This document shows, piece after piece, positions 1-8,498 of a DNA stretch of 42,494 nucleotides; the first letter of the stretch is position 1; the number at the start of each line of letters is the position of its first letter. Source of the DNA: Clostridiaceae bacterium (GTDB lineage: Bacteria > Bacillota > Clostridia > Christensenellales > CAG-138). The DNA lies in NCBI GenBank assembly GCA_039680365.1, contig JBDKTD010000335.1:1-42494 (forward strand), read 5' to 3'. The position numbers and the translations under genes are program-made. Under the pieces are notes generated by a model. That model ran no database searches. It was not told the origin of the DNA and was given only the letters and a program-made list of their open reading frames with translations.

Positions 1-579
1 CGCCATTGCCAGCACGAATACCAGCACGGCCAGCGTATGCGAAGCAAGCTCCTTGCGGGTAAGCCACGTGAGCTTCTTGACTTCGCCATTCATCTCGCGG
101 AAGAAGCGAATCAGTCCGAGGTCAAACATGCCGTCCACCGCGATTGCAAAGAAGAGGCAAAGCACGATGACGGTGACGCCCGAAGCGATTGCCACAGCAC
201 CCGTCTTGGCCGTTGCGGTCAAGAGGATAATTGCGTAGACAATCGACAGCACGTCGAACGTCATGGTCAGCTTCTTATGCTTTTTCAGGAAGCCGAACAC
301 AGCGGTTACGATGAGGAGTACGCCGAGCACGATGTTGGAAATCTTCATGCCCAACGTCATGGCTTCTGTCTGCGGAATCATCTGCAGCAGCTGCAGCGTA
401 AAGAAGACTACGAGAAACAAACCTGCCGCAAGGAACAGGATGCTCGCGGGCAGCAGGAACTTCTTGGAAATGCTGCTCCAGAGAAGCTTCTTGTGCGCGT
501 GCGCATCGATCTTGGCGACCTGCTTTTTCTCCGGCGCGCTTTTTCCGCCGTTATTCAATTTGCTGATATCCTGTGCCAT
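1..579 (-). CDS. secE: Preprotein translocase subunit SecE with long hydrophobic N-terminal extension (runs off window)
   Basis: Hand-translated, absent from ORF track. ATG at 579, open to position 1. Ends ...IRFFREMNGEVKKLTWLTRKELASHTLAVLVFVLAMA (SecE amphipathic helix plus TM). Directly downstream of rpmG. Confidence 0.88.
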   Translation of the reverse strand, partial: MAQDISKLNNGGKSAPEKKQVAKIDAHAHKKLLWSSISKKFLLPASILFLAAGLFLVVFFTLQLLQMIPQTEAMTLGMKISNIVLGVLLIVTAVFGFLKKHKKLTMTFDVLSIVYAIILLTATAKTGAVAIASGVTVIVLCLFFAIAVDGMFDLGLIRFFREMNGEVKKLTWLTRKELASHTLAVLVFVLAMA

Positions 580-602
580 ATCGTTCCTCTTTCGTAAGTC
601 CG

Positions 603-764
603 TTACTTGGATTCGCGGTGCACAGTGTGCTTGCGGCAGAAACGGCAATACTTCTTCATTTCGAGACGGTCGGGATCGTTCTTTTTGTTCTTGAACGTGT
701 TGTAGTTCCTCTGCTTGCACTCGGTGCAGGACAATGTAACTTTGACTCGTGCATCTGCTGCCAT
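603..764 (-). CDS. rpmG: 50S ribosomal protein L33 (Zn-ribbon form)
   Basis: Hand translation [53 protein letters not shown]; GGAGGG RBS upstream. Confidence 0.97.
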   Translation of the reverse strand: MAADARVKVTLSCTECKQRNYNTFKNKKNDPDRLEMKKYCRFCRKHTVHRESK

Positions 765-831
765 GGTTGAAAACCCTCCATTAATAAGGTCGAAACATCA
801 TAAAGCGAGCCCCTTCGCGGGGCACCTTAAA

Positions 832-860
832 AAGATACCATAGCGAAGGGGCGATGTCAA
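832..860 (-). promoter_or_regulatory. Sigma-A promoter for rpmG-secE
   Basis: TTGACA-17 nt-TATCTT with extended TG on minus strand. Confidence 0.6.
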
Positions 861-921
861 CATAATGTTTCACATTCCTTGATATTCCGCGGAAAATCGG
901 CATTCCGCCGGCCGTTTTTGT

Positions 922-2253
922 TCAGCTCCCGGCAACGCTCAGCCGCTCGACGAGCACGCTTGGGCTTGCAAAGTACCCCGTTTGCGGAAGCGAGAATAAA
1001 CTATCGCTTCCCAACGCGGAAACGCCTTTGAGCAGCGTGATGAAGTTGCCCGCTACCGTGATGTTGGAAACCGGGCGGACGATCTTGCCGTCCTCCACGA
1101 GAAAGCCCGCGGACTTGAGTGAAAAGTCGCCGGAGATGGCGTCCACGCCCGCGTGCGTGCCTTCCAGTTCGGTAATGATCAGCCCGTTACCGAGCGTTTG
1201 TACGAGTTCTTCCGCCGAAAGCTTGCCGGGTTCGATTTTGAGCACGGTCGGAGAAATGCCCACCGGAGAAGCCGCGCTGGCGCGGCTGGCGTTGCCGGTG
1301 CTCTCCACGCCCGCTTTGGCCGCGGTCTTGAGGTTATGCAGAAGCGTTTTGAGCACGCCGTTCTCGACGACGGCTTTCGCCTTACAGGGCGTGCCCTCGC
1401 CGTCGAACGCGCGCGGCGCCGCCGAGTCGAACGGATCGTCCGTCAGTGTCACAAGCGGGCTTGCGATTGCCTCGCCTTCTTTGTTTGCCAGCAAAGAACG
1501 ACCCTTCTGCGCTTCGTCCGCGGAAAACACGGAAGCAAACGCGGAGAGCAGGTCTCCAAACGCATACGGACGGAACAGCACGCGGTAGAAGCCGGAGGAA
1601 ACAGGCGTCCCCCCGAGCTTGCCGAGGGCGTCCTGCACCGCCTCACGCGCGCAAGCGTCCACGTCCGCCGCATCCGCGCCCATGCGGAAGGCAAAGCCGG
1701 TCTGCACTTCGTCCCCCTGCTGAACGGAGGGCATAACGTAAACGATGGAAACGTCGGTGTTCTTCTCCGCCAAGAGGCCTTGCGTGTTCTCGATTCGAAC
1801 GCTGCCCGCCTCGTAGATGACAGAACAGTATACCACGCGCTTGACGCGGCTGTCCGCTTCCAACGCGGCCTGTTCCAGTCGTTTTGCCAGAGCAATACGC
1901 TCCTGCTCGCTGAGTTTGGCCAGCGCGGAAGGTTCGCGCGTTACCTTGCGATAGTCGCATTGTTTCTGCATCGGGTGATCGTCCGTCGATTCAATGCACT
2001 TGGCGTTGTCGATGGCGCGGTCAACAAGCTTTTCCGGTTCTTCGAGACGCTCCGTATAAGCATATCCTTGCTTGCCCTGGTACGAAACGCGCACTGAAAC
2101 ACCCGCCTCGCGGCTGACGCTGTAGCGGTCGATCTCGCCGCCGTTGGCGTTTACTTCAAAGGCTTCGCCGCCTGCATAAAAGGTTTCGCAGCCGTCGCAG
2201 CCAGCCTTTTTGGCATATTCCGAAGCCAAAGCGGAAAATTCCTGATTCGTCAT
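922..2253 (-). CDS. pmbA: TldE/PmbA family protein
   Basis: FDGEG, GNA, SGDFS and ITVAGN motifs; no HExxxH; ATG at 2253 overlaps tldD stop. Confidence 0.92.
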   Translation of the reverse strand: MTNQEFSALASEYAKKAGCDGCETFYAGGEAFEVNANGGEIDRYSVSREAGVSVRVSYQGKQGYAYTERLEEPEKLVDRAIDNAKCIESTDDHPMQKQCDYRKVTREPSALAKLSEQERIALAKRLEQAALEADSRVKRVVYCSVIYEAGSVRIENTQGLLAEKNTDVSIVYVMPSVQQGDEVQTGFAFRMGADAADVDACAREAVQDALGKLGGTPVSSGFYRVLFRPYAFGDLLSAFASVFSADEAQKGRSLLANKEGEAIASPLVTLTDDPFDSAAPRAFDGEGTPCKAKAVVENGVLKTLLHNLKTAAKAGVESTGNASRASAASPVGISPTVLKIEPGKLSAEELVQTLGNGLIITELEGTHAGVDAISGDFSLKSAGFLVEDGKIVRPVSNITVAGNFITLLKGVSALGSDSLFSLPQTGYFASPSVLVERLSVAGS

Positions 2254-3650
2254 TCGATTGCACCTCCCCTGCCGCCGATGGTAATGCCGCTGACCCGCAG
2301 GCGCGGCTGGCCAACGTTGGTGGGAACCGAGCCGGAGAGCGAGCCGCACATGCCGGGCGCCATCCACATGGATTTGCCGACGCGGTCGATCTTCTGCAGC
2401 ACTTCGGAGCCTTTGCCAATCAAGGTTGCCCCACGCACCGGAGAAACGATCTTTCCGTGCTTGACCCAGTAGCCTTCCTCGACAACAAAGTTGAATTCGC
2501 CCGTCGGCGGGTTCACAGAGCCGCCGCCCATCTTCTTGGCAAACAGGCCTTCTTCCATGGTGGCGATCATCTCTTCCTCATCGTCCGTGCCCGGGCAGAT
2601 GAAGGTGTTCGTCATGCGGGAAGTCGGCGCAAAGGTGTATCCCTGCCGCCGCGAAGAACCGGTCACCGGCATGCCGTTCATACGGCGCGAGCCGAGTTTA
2701 TCGATTAAATACCCCTTGAGAATACCGTTTTCAATCAAAACGTTCCGCTGCCCCGGCGTGCCTTCGTCGTCCACGCTGATGGATCCCCATTCGCCCGGCA
2801 TCGTGCCGTCGTCCACGGCGGTGACGCAGTCCGCGGCGATTTTTGTGCCAAGTTTTCCGCAGAACACTGAGTTGTTGCGCCCTACCGCCGTTGCTTCCAG
2901 CGAATGCCCGCAGGCTTCGTGGAAGATGACGCCGCCAAAGCCGCCGTCGATGACCACCGGCAGGTACCCCGCCGGGCAGTCCGGCGCATGCAGCATCGTC
3001 ACGGCCATATTGCCCGCAACGCGGCCCGCATCCGCAACGTCCACCGTTTCGCGGTAGGCTTCGAATCCGCGTCCGCTGCCCGGGCTTTCAAACCCGGTCT
3101 GCGCTTCGCCGTTTTTCATGGCGACCGCCTCAACGAATACCCGCGTGCGCGGACGCTCGTCAAACACAAACACGCCGTCGGTAGAGACGATTGCAACGCG
3201 CTGAACCACGTCGGCATACCGCGCCTGCACCTGCGAAATCTCGTCCGAAACGCCCTTTGCGGCAAGCGCCGCTTCCCGCAGCAGCTCAACGCGCTCGGCA
3301 TTGCCGACCGAATTGAACGCGCGCGCCATTTTGCCGCCGTAACGCTTGACTTCGTAAACCACGCTGTTTTGAGGCGCATGTTTCGCCTCCCCCAGCGCGG
3401 CTGCCGCCGCGCGCGCCGTCTCCATCATAGCTTTTTCACTGAAGTCCGCGCAGTAGGCGTAAGCGCTCTGCGTGCCTCGGAGCACGCGCACGCCCGCGCC
3501 GCAGACGCGCGTATAGTTGGCGGTTTCCACCTTGCCGTCGAGCATTTCAATCTGCGTGCTCTCTTTGTCCTCTAAATAGAGCTCCGCGTAATCCGCGCCG
3601 CTCTTCTGCGCTTCAAACAGCACAGCCCGCGCGGTCATTTCATTAATCAA
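2250..3650 (-). CDS. tldD: TldD family metallopeptidase
   Basis: FHEACGHSLE zinc motif, DDEG, RMTNT, C-terminal GMCG...GQP; TTG start with GGAGGAGG RBS. Confidence 0.95.
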   Translation of the reverse strand: MINEMTARAVLFEAQKSGADYAELYLEDKESTQIEMLDGKVETANYTRVCGAGVRVLRGTQSAYAYCADFSEKAMMETARAAAAALGEAKHAPQNSVVYEVKRYGGKMARAFNSVGNAERVELLREAALAAKGVSDEISQVQARYADVVQRVAIVSTDGVFVFDERPRTRVFVEAVAMKNGEAQTGFESPGSGRGFEAYRETVDVADAGRVAGNMAVTMLHAPDCPAGYLPVVIDGGFGGVIFHEACGHSLEATAVGRNNSVFCGKLGTKIAADCVTAVDDGTMPGEWGSISVDDEGTPGQRNVLIENGILKGYLIDKLGSRRMNGMPVTGSSRRQGYTFAPTSRMTNTFICPGTDDEEEMIATMEEGLFAKKMGGGSVNPPTGEFNFVVEEGYWVKHGKIVSPVRGATLIGKGSEVLQKIDRVGKSMWMAPGMCGSLSGSVPTNVGQPRLRVSGITIGGRGGAIE

Positions 3651-3715
3651 AGGATGTTTCCTCCTCCGTTACATTTTCGCTCTCTTCCGTTCGCAACGAG
3701 AGCGGTAAACCCGTT

Positions 3716-3749
3716 AAGAAAAGCCGTTTCGCTGGGAAACGGCTTTCTT
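3716..3749 (-). terminator. Hairpin or intrinsic terminator between the opp locus and tldD
   Basis: AAAGCCGTTTC-loop-GAAACGGCTTT followed by TCTT on minus strand. Confidence 0.55.
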
Positions 3750-3756
3750 CGTTTTG

Positions 3757-4032
3757 TTATTTGAGCCAAACTTTGCTTGCAAACAGCAGGAAAAGTCCAA
3801 ATACGGCGACGAATACGCCCAGCACAAGCAGGTATGCGGAAGCCGCGCCCCAAGCGATGGCTCGCTTTTCTTTTCTGGTCAAATCGACCGGATCGGGTTT
3901 CTGCTTGACTTTGCCAAACGCGTCAAAACTTCTGCGCGTTCCCCGGCGGAACGTATTCGGCATGCCGTCTACATCCATGTTGGCGATGACGTGGCCGTCG
4001 TCCACCCAGTCGTCGCGCTTGCGTTTTGGCAT
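3757..4032 (-). CDS. Small C-terminally membrane-anchored hypothetical protein (91 aa)
   Basis: ATG at 4032 with GAAGGAG RBS; DDGHVIANMDVDGMP N-terminal motif; C-terminal hydrophobic helix; follows oppF. Confidence 0.75.
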   Translation of the reverse strand: MPKRKRDDWVDDGHVIANMDVDGMPNTFRRGTRRSFDAFGKVKQKPDPVDLTRKEKRAIAWGAASAYLLVLGVFVAVFGLFLLFASKVWLK

Positions 4033-4060
4033 TTTTCGCGCTCCTTCAATCAATCCTGGA

Positions 4061-5038
4061 TCAATCCTGACTGTACAGGTGGCAGGCCACCTTATGGCCC
4101 GGTTCATATTCCTTAAACACCGGCTCCTTCTGCGAGCAAATCTCCATACACTGTTGGCAGCGCGTGCGGAATTTGCAGCCGGAAGGCGGATTCGCGGGGC
4201 TCGGAATATCGCCCTTGAGGATGATGCGGTTCATTTTGTACGAAGGATCGGGCATAGGCACCGCGCTGAGCAGCGCCTTGGTGTAGGGATGCATCGGGTT
4301 ATCGAAGATGCGGTCCTTATCGCCCATTTCCACCATTGAGCCAAGGTACATAACCCCGATGGTCTTGCTGATATGCTGAACCACCGAGAGATCGTGCGAG
4401 ATAAACAGGTAGGTAAAGCCGAACTCCTTCTGCAGATCCATCATGAGGTTAATAATCTGCGCCTGAATCGAAACGTCCAGCGCGCTGACCGGTTCGTCGC
4501 AGATGATGAGTTCCGGGTTGAGCGCTACCGCGCGGGCAATGCAGATTCTCTGCCTCTGACCACCGGAGAACTCGTGTGGATAACGGTAGAAGTACTGCGG
4601 CTGCAACCCGCAGTCGCGCATAACTTTCATGATCTACGAGCGGTACTGGCTCTTGGGCACAATCTTGTGCTCGCGCACCGCTTCGCCGATGATCTCACCC
4701 ACCGGCATACGCGGAGAGAGGCTCGAATACGGATCCTGAAAGATCATCTGCATCTTTGGCCGCATGCGGCGCAGGTGCTCGCGGGATACCTTGGCGAGGT
4801 CTTCGCCGTCGAACAGAACCGTTCCGTCGGTCACGTCGTGCAGGCGCAGAATCGTGCGTCCAACGGTCGTTTTCCCGCAGCCGCTCTCGCCTACAAGTCC
4901 CATTGTGGTGCCGCGCTCGATTTCGAACGAAACGCCGTCCACCGCCTTGACATAGGCTTTGGCTTTGCCGAAGATCGAATCGGTGATCGGATAGTATTTT
5001 TTCAGGTCTTTGACGACCAGGATGTTATCTTGTTCCAT
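4061..5038 (-). pseudogene. oppF: Oligopeptide ABC ATPase OppF interrupted by in-frame TAG at 4634-4636
   Basis: Walker A GESGCGKTT in the 5' half; [13 protein letters not shown] and C-terminal oligo-HPY domain in the 3' half; same frame (...CGC TCG TAG ATC ATG AAA...). Confidence 0.85.
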
Positions 5039-5047
5039 GCTTCCTCC

Positions 5048-6262
5048 TCACGCCTTCGGCTGACCGTTGAGCGATTCGAAAATCTCCGCCTTGGGGTCTT
5101 CCTCATAGAGGTAGCAGGCGGCGAAATGCGTTTCGCTGAACTGGATCATGGGCGGATACTCGCCTTCACACCGCTCCAGACAATGCTCGCAGCGATTCTT
5201 GAAATAGCAGTGATTCGGCATGTTGATTGGGTTTGGCACCTGGCCGGGGATACTGTATAGCCGGTCAATGCGCTTGCTGACGCTGGGTTTGCTGCGCATC
5301 AGCCCAACGGTGTATGGGTGCTTGGGGTTATCGAAGATTTCGAACACCGTTCCCTTTTCAACGATTCTGCCCGCGTACATAACGACCACGTAGTCCGCCA
5401 TTTCTGCAATGACGCCAAGGTCGTGGGTAATGAGCATGATGCTGCCGTTGATCTTACGCTTGATATCGCGCAGCAGGTCGAGAATCTGCGCCTGAATGGT
5501 AACGTCCAGCGCGGTGGTCGGTTCGTCCGCAATAATCAGGCGCGGGTTGCAGCTAAGCGCCATGGCGATCATCACGCGCTGCCGCATACCGCCGGAAAGC
5601 TCGTGCGGATAGCTGGCGTATACTTTGTCGCACATGGCAATGCCGACGAGCTCCAGCATTTTCAGCGAGTGCTCCTTGGCTGTCTCCGGCGTCATGCCGG
5701 CTTCGTGCAGAAGGACGACTTCATCCATCTGTTCGCCGATGGTGAACACCGGGTTAAGGCTCGTCATCGGCTCCTGGAAGATCATGGAGATCTCGCGGCC
5801 GCGAATATGCAGCATTTCCGAACGCGGCATCTTCGCAATGTCGTAGCAGACGCCGTCGCTGGAAGCAAAGCGAATCTGCCCTTGCACGATCTGCCCCTGC
5901 GGCGCCTGCACGAGCTGCATGAGCGAAAGACTGGTCACGGACTTGCCGCAGCCGCTCTCGCCCACAACGCCTACGGTCTTGCCGCGCGGCACGTCGAAGC
6001 TCACACCGTTGACGGCTTTCACCGTGCCGATATCGGTATAGAAGAACGTATGCAGGTCGTCAAACTCCACAACGTTGTCGGGATCGCGCATCGTTGATGC
6101 GTACTCCGAAGGCGGAACGTTCTTGCGGTTCATGCGGTGCTCGAAATCGCGCATGATCTTCGCGTTCTCATGGCTGATGCGGCTCTCTTCCTTCAAAGAA
6201 AGGTAGGCGACGTCGTCAACACCCTTGATCTGCTTTTTTTGAAACAACTTTTTTGCTGCCAT
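5048..6262 (-). CDS. oppD: Oligopeptide ABC ATPase OppD (about 60-aa N-terminal extension)
   Basis: [27 protein letters not shown]. Confidence 0.95.
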   Translation of the reverse strand: MAAKKLFQKKQIKGVDDVAYLSLKEESRISHENAKIMRDFEHRMNRKNVPPSEYASTMRDPDNVVEFDDLHTFFYTDIGTVKAVNGVSFDVPRGKTVGVVGESGCGKSVTSLSLMQLVQAPQGQIVQGQIRFASSDGVCYDIAKMPRSEMLHIRGREISMIFQEPMTSLNPVFTIGEQMDEVVLLHEAGMTPETAKEHSLKMLELVGIAMCDKVYASYPHELSGGMRQRVMIAMALSCNPRLIIADEPTTALDVTIQAQILDLLRDIKRKINGSIMLITHDLGVIAEMADYVVVMYAGRIVEKGTVFEIFDNPKHPYTVGLMRSKPSVSKRIDRLYSIPGQVPNPINMPNHCYFKNRCEHCLERCEGEYPPMIQFSETHFAACYLYEEDPKAEIFESLNGQPKA

Positions 6263-6267
6263 TGCCG

Positions 6268-7365
6268 TTACCTCTTCATTCTCGGGTCAAACGCGTCCCT
6301 AAGACCATCGCCGATGAAACTGAATCCAAGAACGGTGATGATAATGAGGATACCGGCGGGAACCCACATGTTCGGATAGTTGGCCAGGATCTCCTGTCCC
6401 TTGGAAGGATCCGCCAGCGCGATCATCGATCCCCACGCGGCGCGCGGGAACGGAACGCCGAGGCCAAGGTAGGACAGCGTGGACTCATACAGGATAACGC
6501 CGCCTAGGCCGAGCGTCATGGTAACGATCAGCTGCGGCATGACGTTTGGCACAAGGTGTTTGAAGATTTTCTTTCTCGCGGGAATGCCGGTCGTCTCGGC
6601 CGCCATCATGTATTCCTGCTCGCGCAGCATGAGGATTTGGCCGCGAACGAGCCGCGCGGTGCCCGACCAGCCGATGAGCGTTAAAAAGCCCATCAGGTAG
6701 TAGATGCGGTGTTCCGGCGGAATCGCCTCGATGGACGCGATGGTTGCCGAAAGAATCAGCAGGATCGGCAGACCCGGCAGGCAGAAGAAGATATCAACGA
6801 TGCGCATAATCAGCTGATCAACCCACTTACCGAAATAACCGGAGATCCCGCCGAAGAACACGCCCAGCGTCGTTTCGAGAAAAATGACCAGAAACGAAAT
6901 CGTCAGCGAAATCCGTCCGCCGTACATGAGGCGCACAAAGATATCGAATCCGCTCGTATCCGTGCCCAGCCAATGCTGACCGGAGATTGGCGCCTTAAAA
7001 TATACGTGCGACTGCGACTCGTCGTAGTATTGGTAGGCTTTTCCGTCCGCGGCGTTGAACTCCGCGGTGGTCACCATACTCGAGACTCGCTCGATTTTGA
7101 ACACCTGCGTTTCTCCGTACTTCCAGGTGGCGTTGACAACCACCGGGCCAAGGAACGAAAACAGGAATACGAACACGATCATCGCAAGCCCGATGACCGA
7201 GAGCTTGCTGCGGAAAAACCGCTTGGCAACCATTCTGCCCGGCGACATCACGCGGAAGTTCTCGTCCGCAATGATCTCTATTCCGGAGACGTCCGTATAC
7301 TTCGATTTCTTTTTCGACTCCTGCGCGCGGGGATTCGCGCCCTGAGCTTTTTTATTTTCCGTCAT
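6268..7365 (-). CDS. oppC: Oligopeptide ABC permease OppC
   Basis: HWLGTD...GRISL, EAA-like loop, GDGLRDAFDPR. Confidence 0.95.
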   Translation of the reverse strand: MTENKKAQGANPRAQESKKKSKYTDVSGIEIIADENFRVMSPGRMVAKRFFRSKLSVIGLAMIVFVFLFSFLGPVVVNATWKYGETQVFKIERVSSMVTTAEFNAADGKAYQYYDESQSHVYFKAPISGQHWLGTDTSGFDIFVRLMYGGRISLTISFLVIFLETTLGVFFGGISGYFGKWVDQLIMRIVDIFFCLPGLPILLILSATIASIEAIPPEHRIYYLMGFLTLIGWSGTARLVRGQILMLREQEYMMAAETTGIPARKKIFKHLVPNVMPQLIVTMTLGLGGVILYESTLSYLGLGVPFPRAAWGSMIALADPSKGQEILANYPNMWVPAGILIIITVLGFSFIGDGLRDAFDPRMKR

Positions 7366-7381
7366 AATTAACGCGCCTCCC

Positions 7382-8380
7382 TTACTTCAGCTTTACGCGA
7401 GGATCGACGACCATGTACATCAGGTCGGAAATCAACATGCCGACGACCGTCAGGATCGCGAGGAACATGTTGTACCCCATGATGAACGGGATATCGCCCT
7501 GCACCGTCGCCCGGAGCGCCGTATAGCCGATGCCGGGGATGGCGAACACCGTTTCGGTGATCATTGCCCCGCCGAACAGACCGGGCAGCGTTCCGCTGAG
7601 CGTTGTTACCAGCGGAATCAGCGTATTGCGGAAAGCATGTTTATACACAACCGTATGCTCGGACAAACCCTTTGCCCGCGCGGTACGGATATAATCGGAA
7701 TTCATAACCTCTAGCATGTTCGTCCTCGTAAAACGCATGAGGCCGCCGATGCCGAGAAGGATAAGAACGATGGAAGGCAGGATCATATGCCATGCCTTGT
7801 CCAGAAAGATCTGGAAGTGCGCATCCGCCGCAAAGATCTTTGTTGCGGTGGTCAGCCCCTGCAAAGGGAACCACCCGAGACGGATGCAGAAAACATTCAT
7901 CAGCAGGGCCGCGAGGAAGAACGATGGCAGTGCTGTACCTACCATCGCCAGTACCGAGACGGTATAGTCGTAGCCCCCGTATTGGTTCACCGCCGCTCGT
8001 ATCCCCATTGGTATGGAGATTGCCGTTTCAAAGATGAACGCAATCAGCGCGAGAATGAACGAGGTCCACATATACTCGTTGATTACGGTTGCAACGGGCT
8101 TGCCAAACAGGAACGAAAAGCCGAGATTGCCCGTAAACGTACCGCCGAGCCAACGCAGATAGCTTTTGATAATGCCAAAAAAGCTCTTGTCGGCTAAACC
8201 GTAGAGTTCTTTCAAGCGCATGACGTCAGCTTGCGACATCGTGCCGTTTGCAACGGCAGGCGCCGTCTGCCGGTCGATATAGTCGGTCGGCATGAGCATC
8301 GAAAGCATATAGATCAAGATCGATACGCCAAGCAGGATGATCACGGCTAAAAAGAGTCTCTTACGAATGTACTTCCACAT
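7382..8380 (-). CDS. oppB: Oligopeptide ABC permease OppB
   Basis: DYIRTARAKG, HAFRN, ETVFAIPGIG, DPRVK. Confidence 0.95.
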   Translation of the reverse strand: MWKYIRKRLFLAVIILLGVSILIYMLSMLMPTDYIDRQTAPAVANGTMSQADVMRLKELYGLADKSFFGIIKSYLRWLGGTFTGNLGFSFLFGKPVATVINEYMWTSFILALIAFIFETAISIPMGIRAAVNQYGGYDYTVSVLAMVGTALPSFFLAALLMNVFCIRLGWFPLQGLTTATKIFAADAHFQIFLDKAWHMILPSIVLILLGIGGLMRFTRTNMLEVMNSDYIRTARAKGLSEHTVVYKHAFRNTLIPLVTTLSGTLPGLFGGAMITETVFAIPGIGYTALRATVQGDIPFIMGYNMFLAILTVVGMLISDLMYMVVDPRVKLK

Positions 8381-8415
8381 AATCCATCACCAAGCCCTTA
8401 AAAATTTTCGAACCA

Positions 8416-8448
8416 ACACAAGGCTTGGCTCATCGCCAAGCCTTGTGT
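8416..8448. other. Intercistronic stem-loop between oppA and oppB
   Basis: ACACAAGGCTTGGC...GCCAAGCCTTGTGT, 14-bp inverted repeat; probable mRNA stabiliser or partial terminator. Confidence 0.6.
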
Positions 8449-8498
8449 CGCGAAATGAACTGTTCCAGCTGAATTTCAAAATGAAATCAAGCTCGAGA

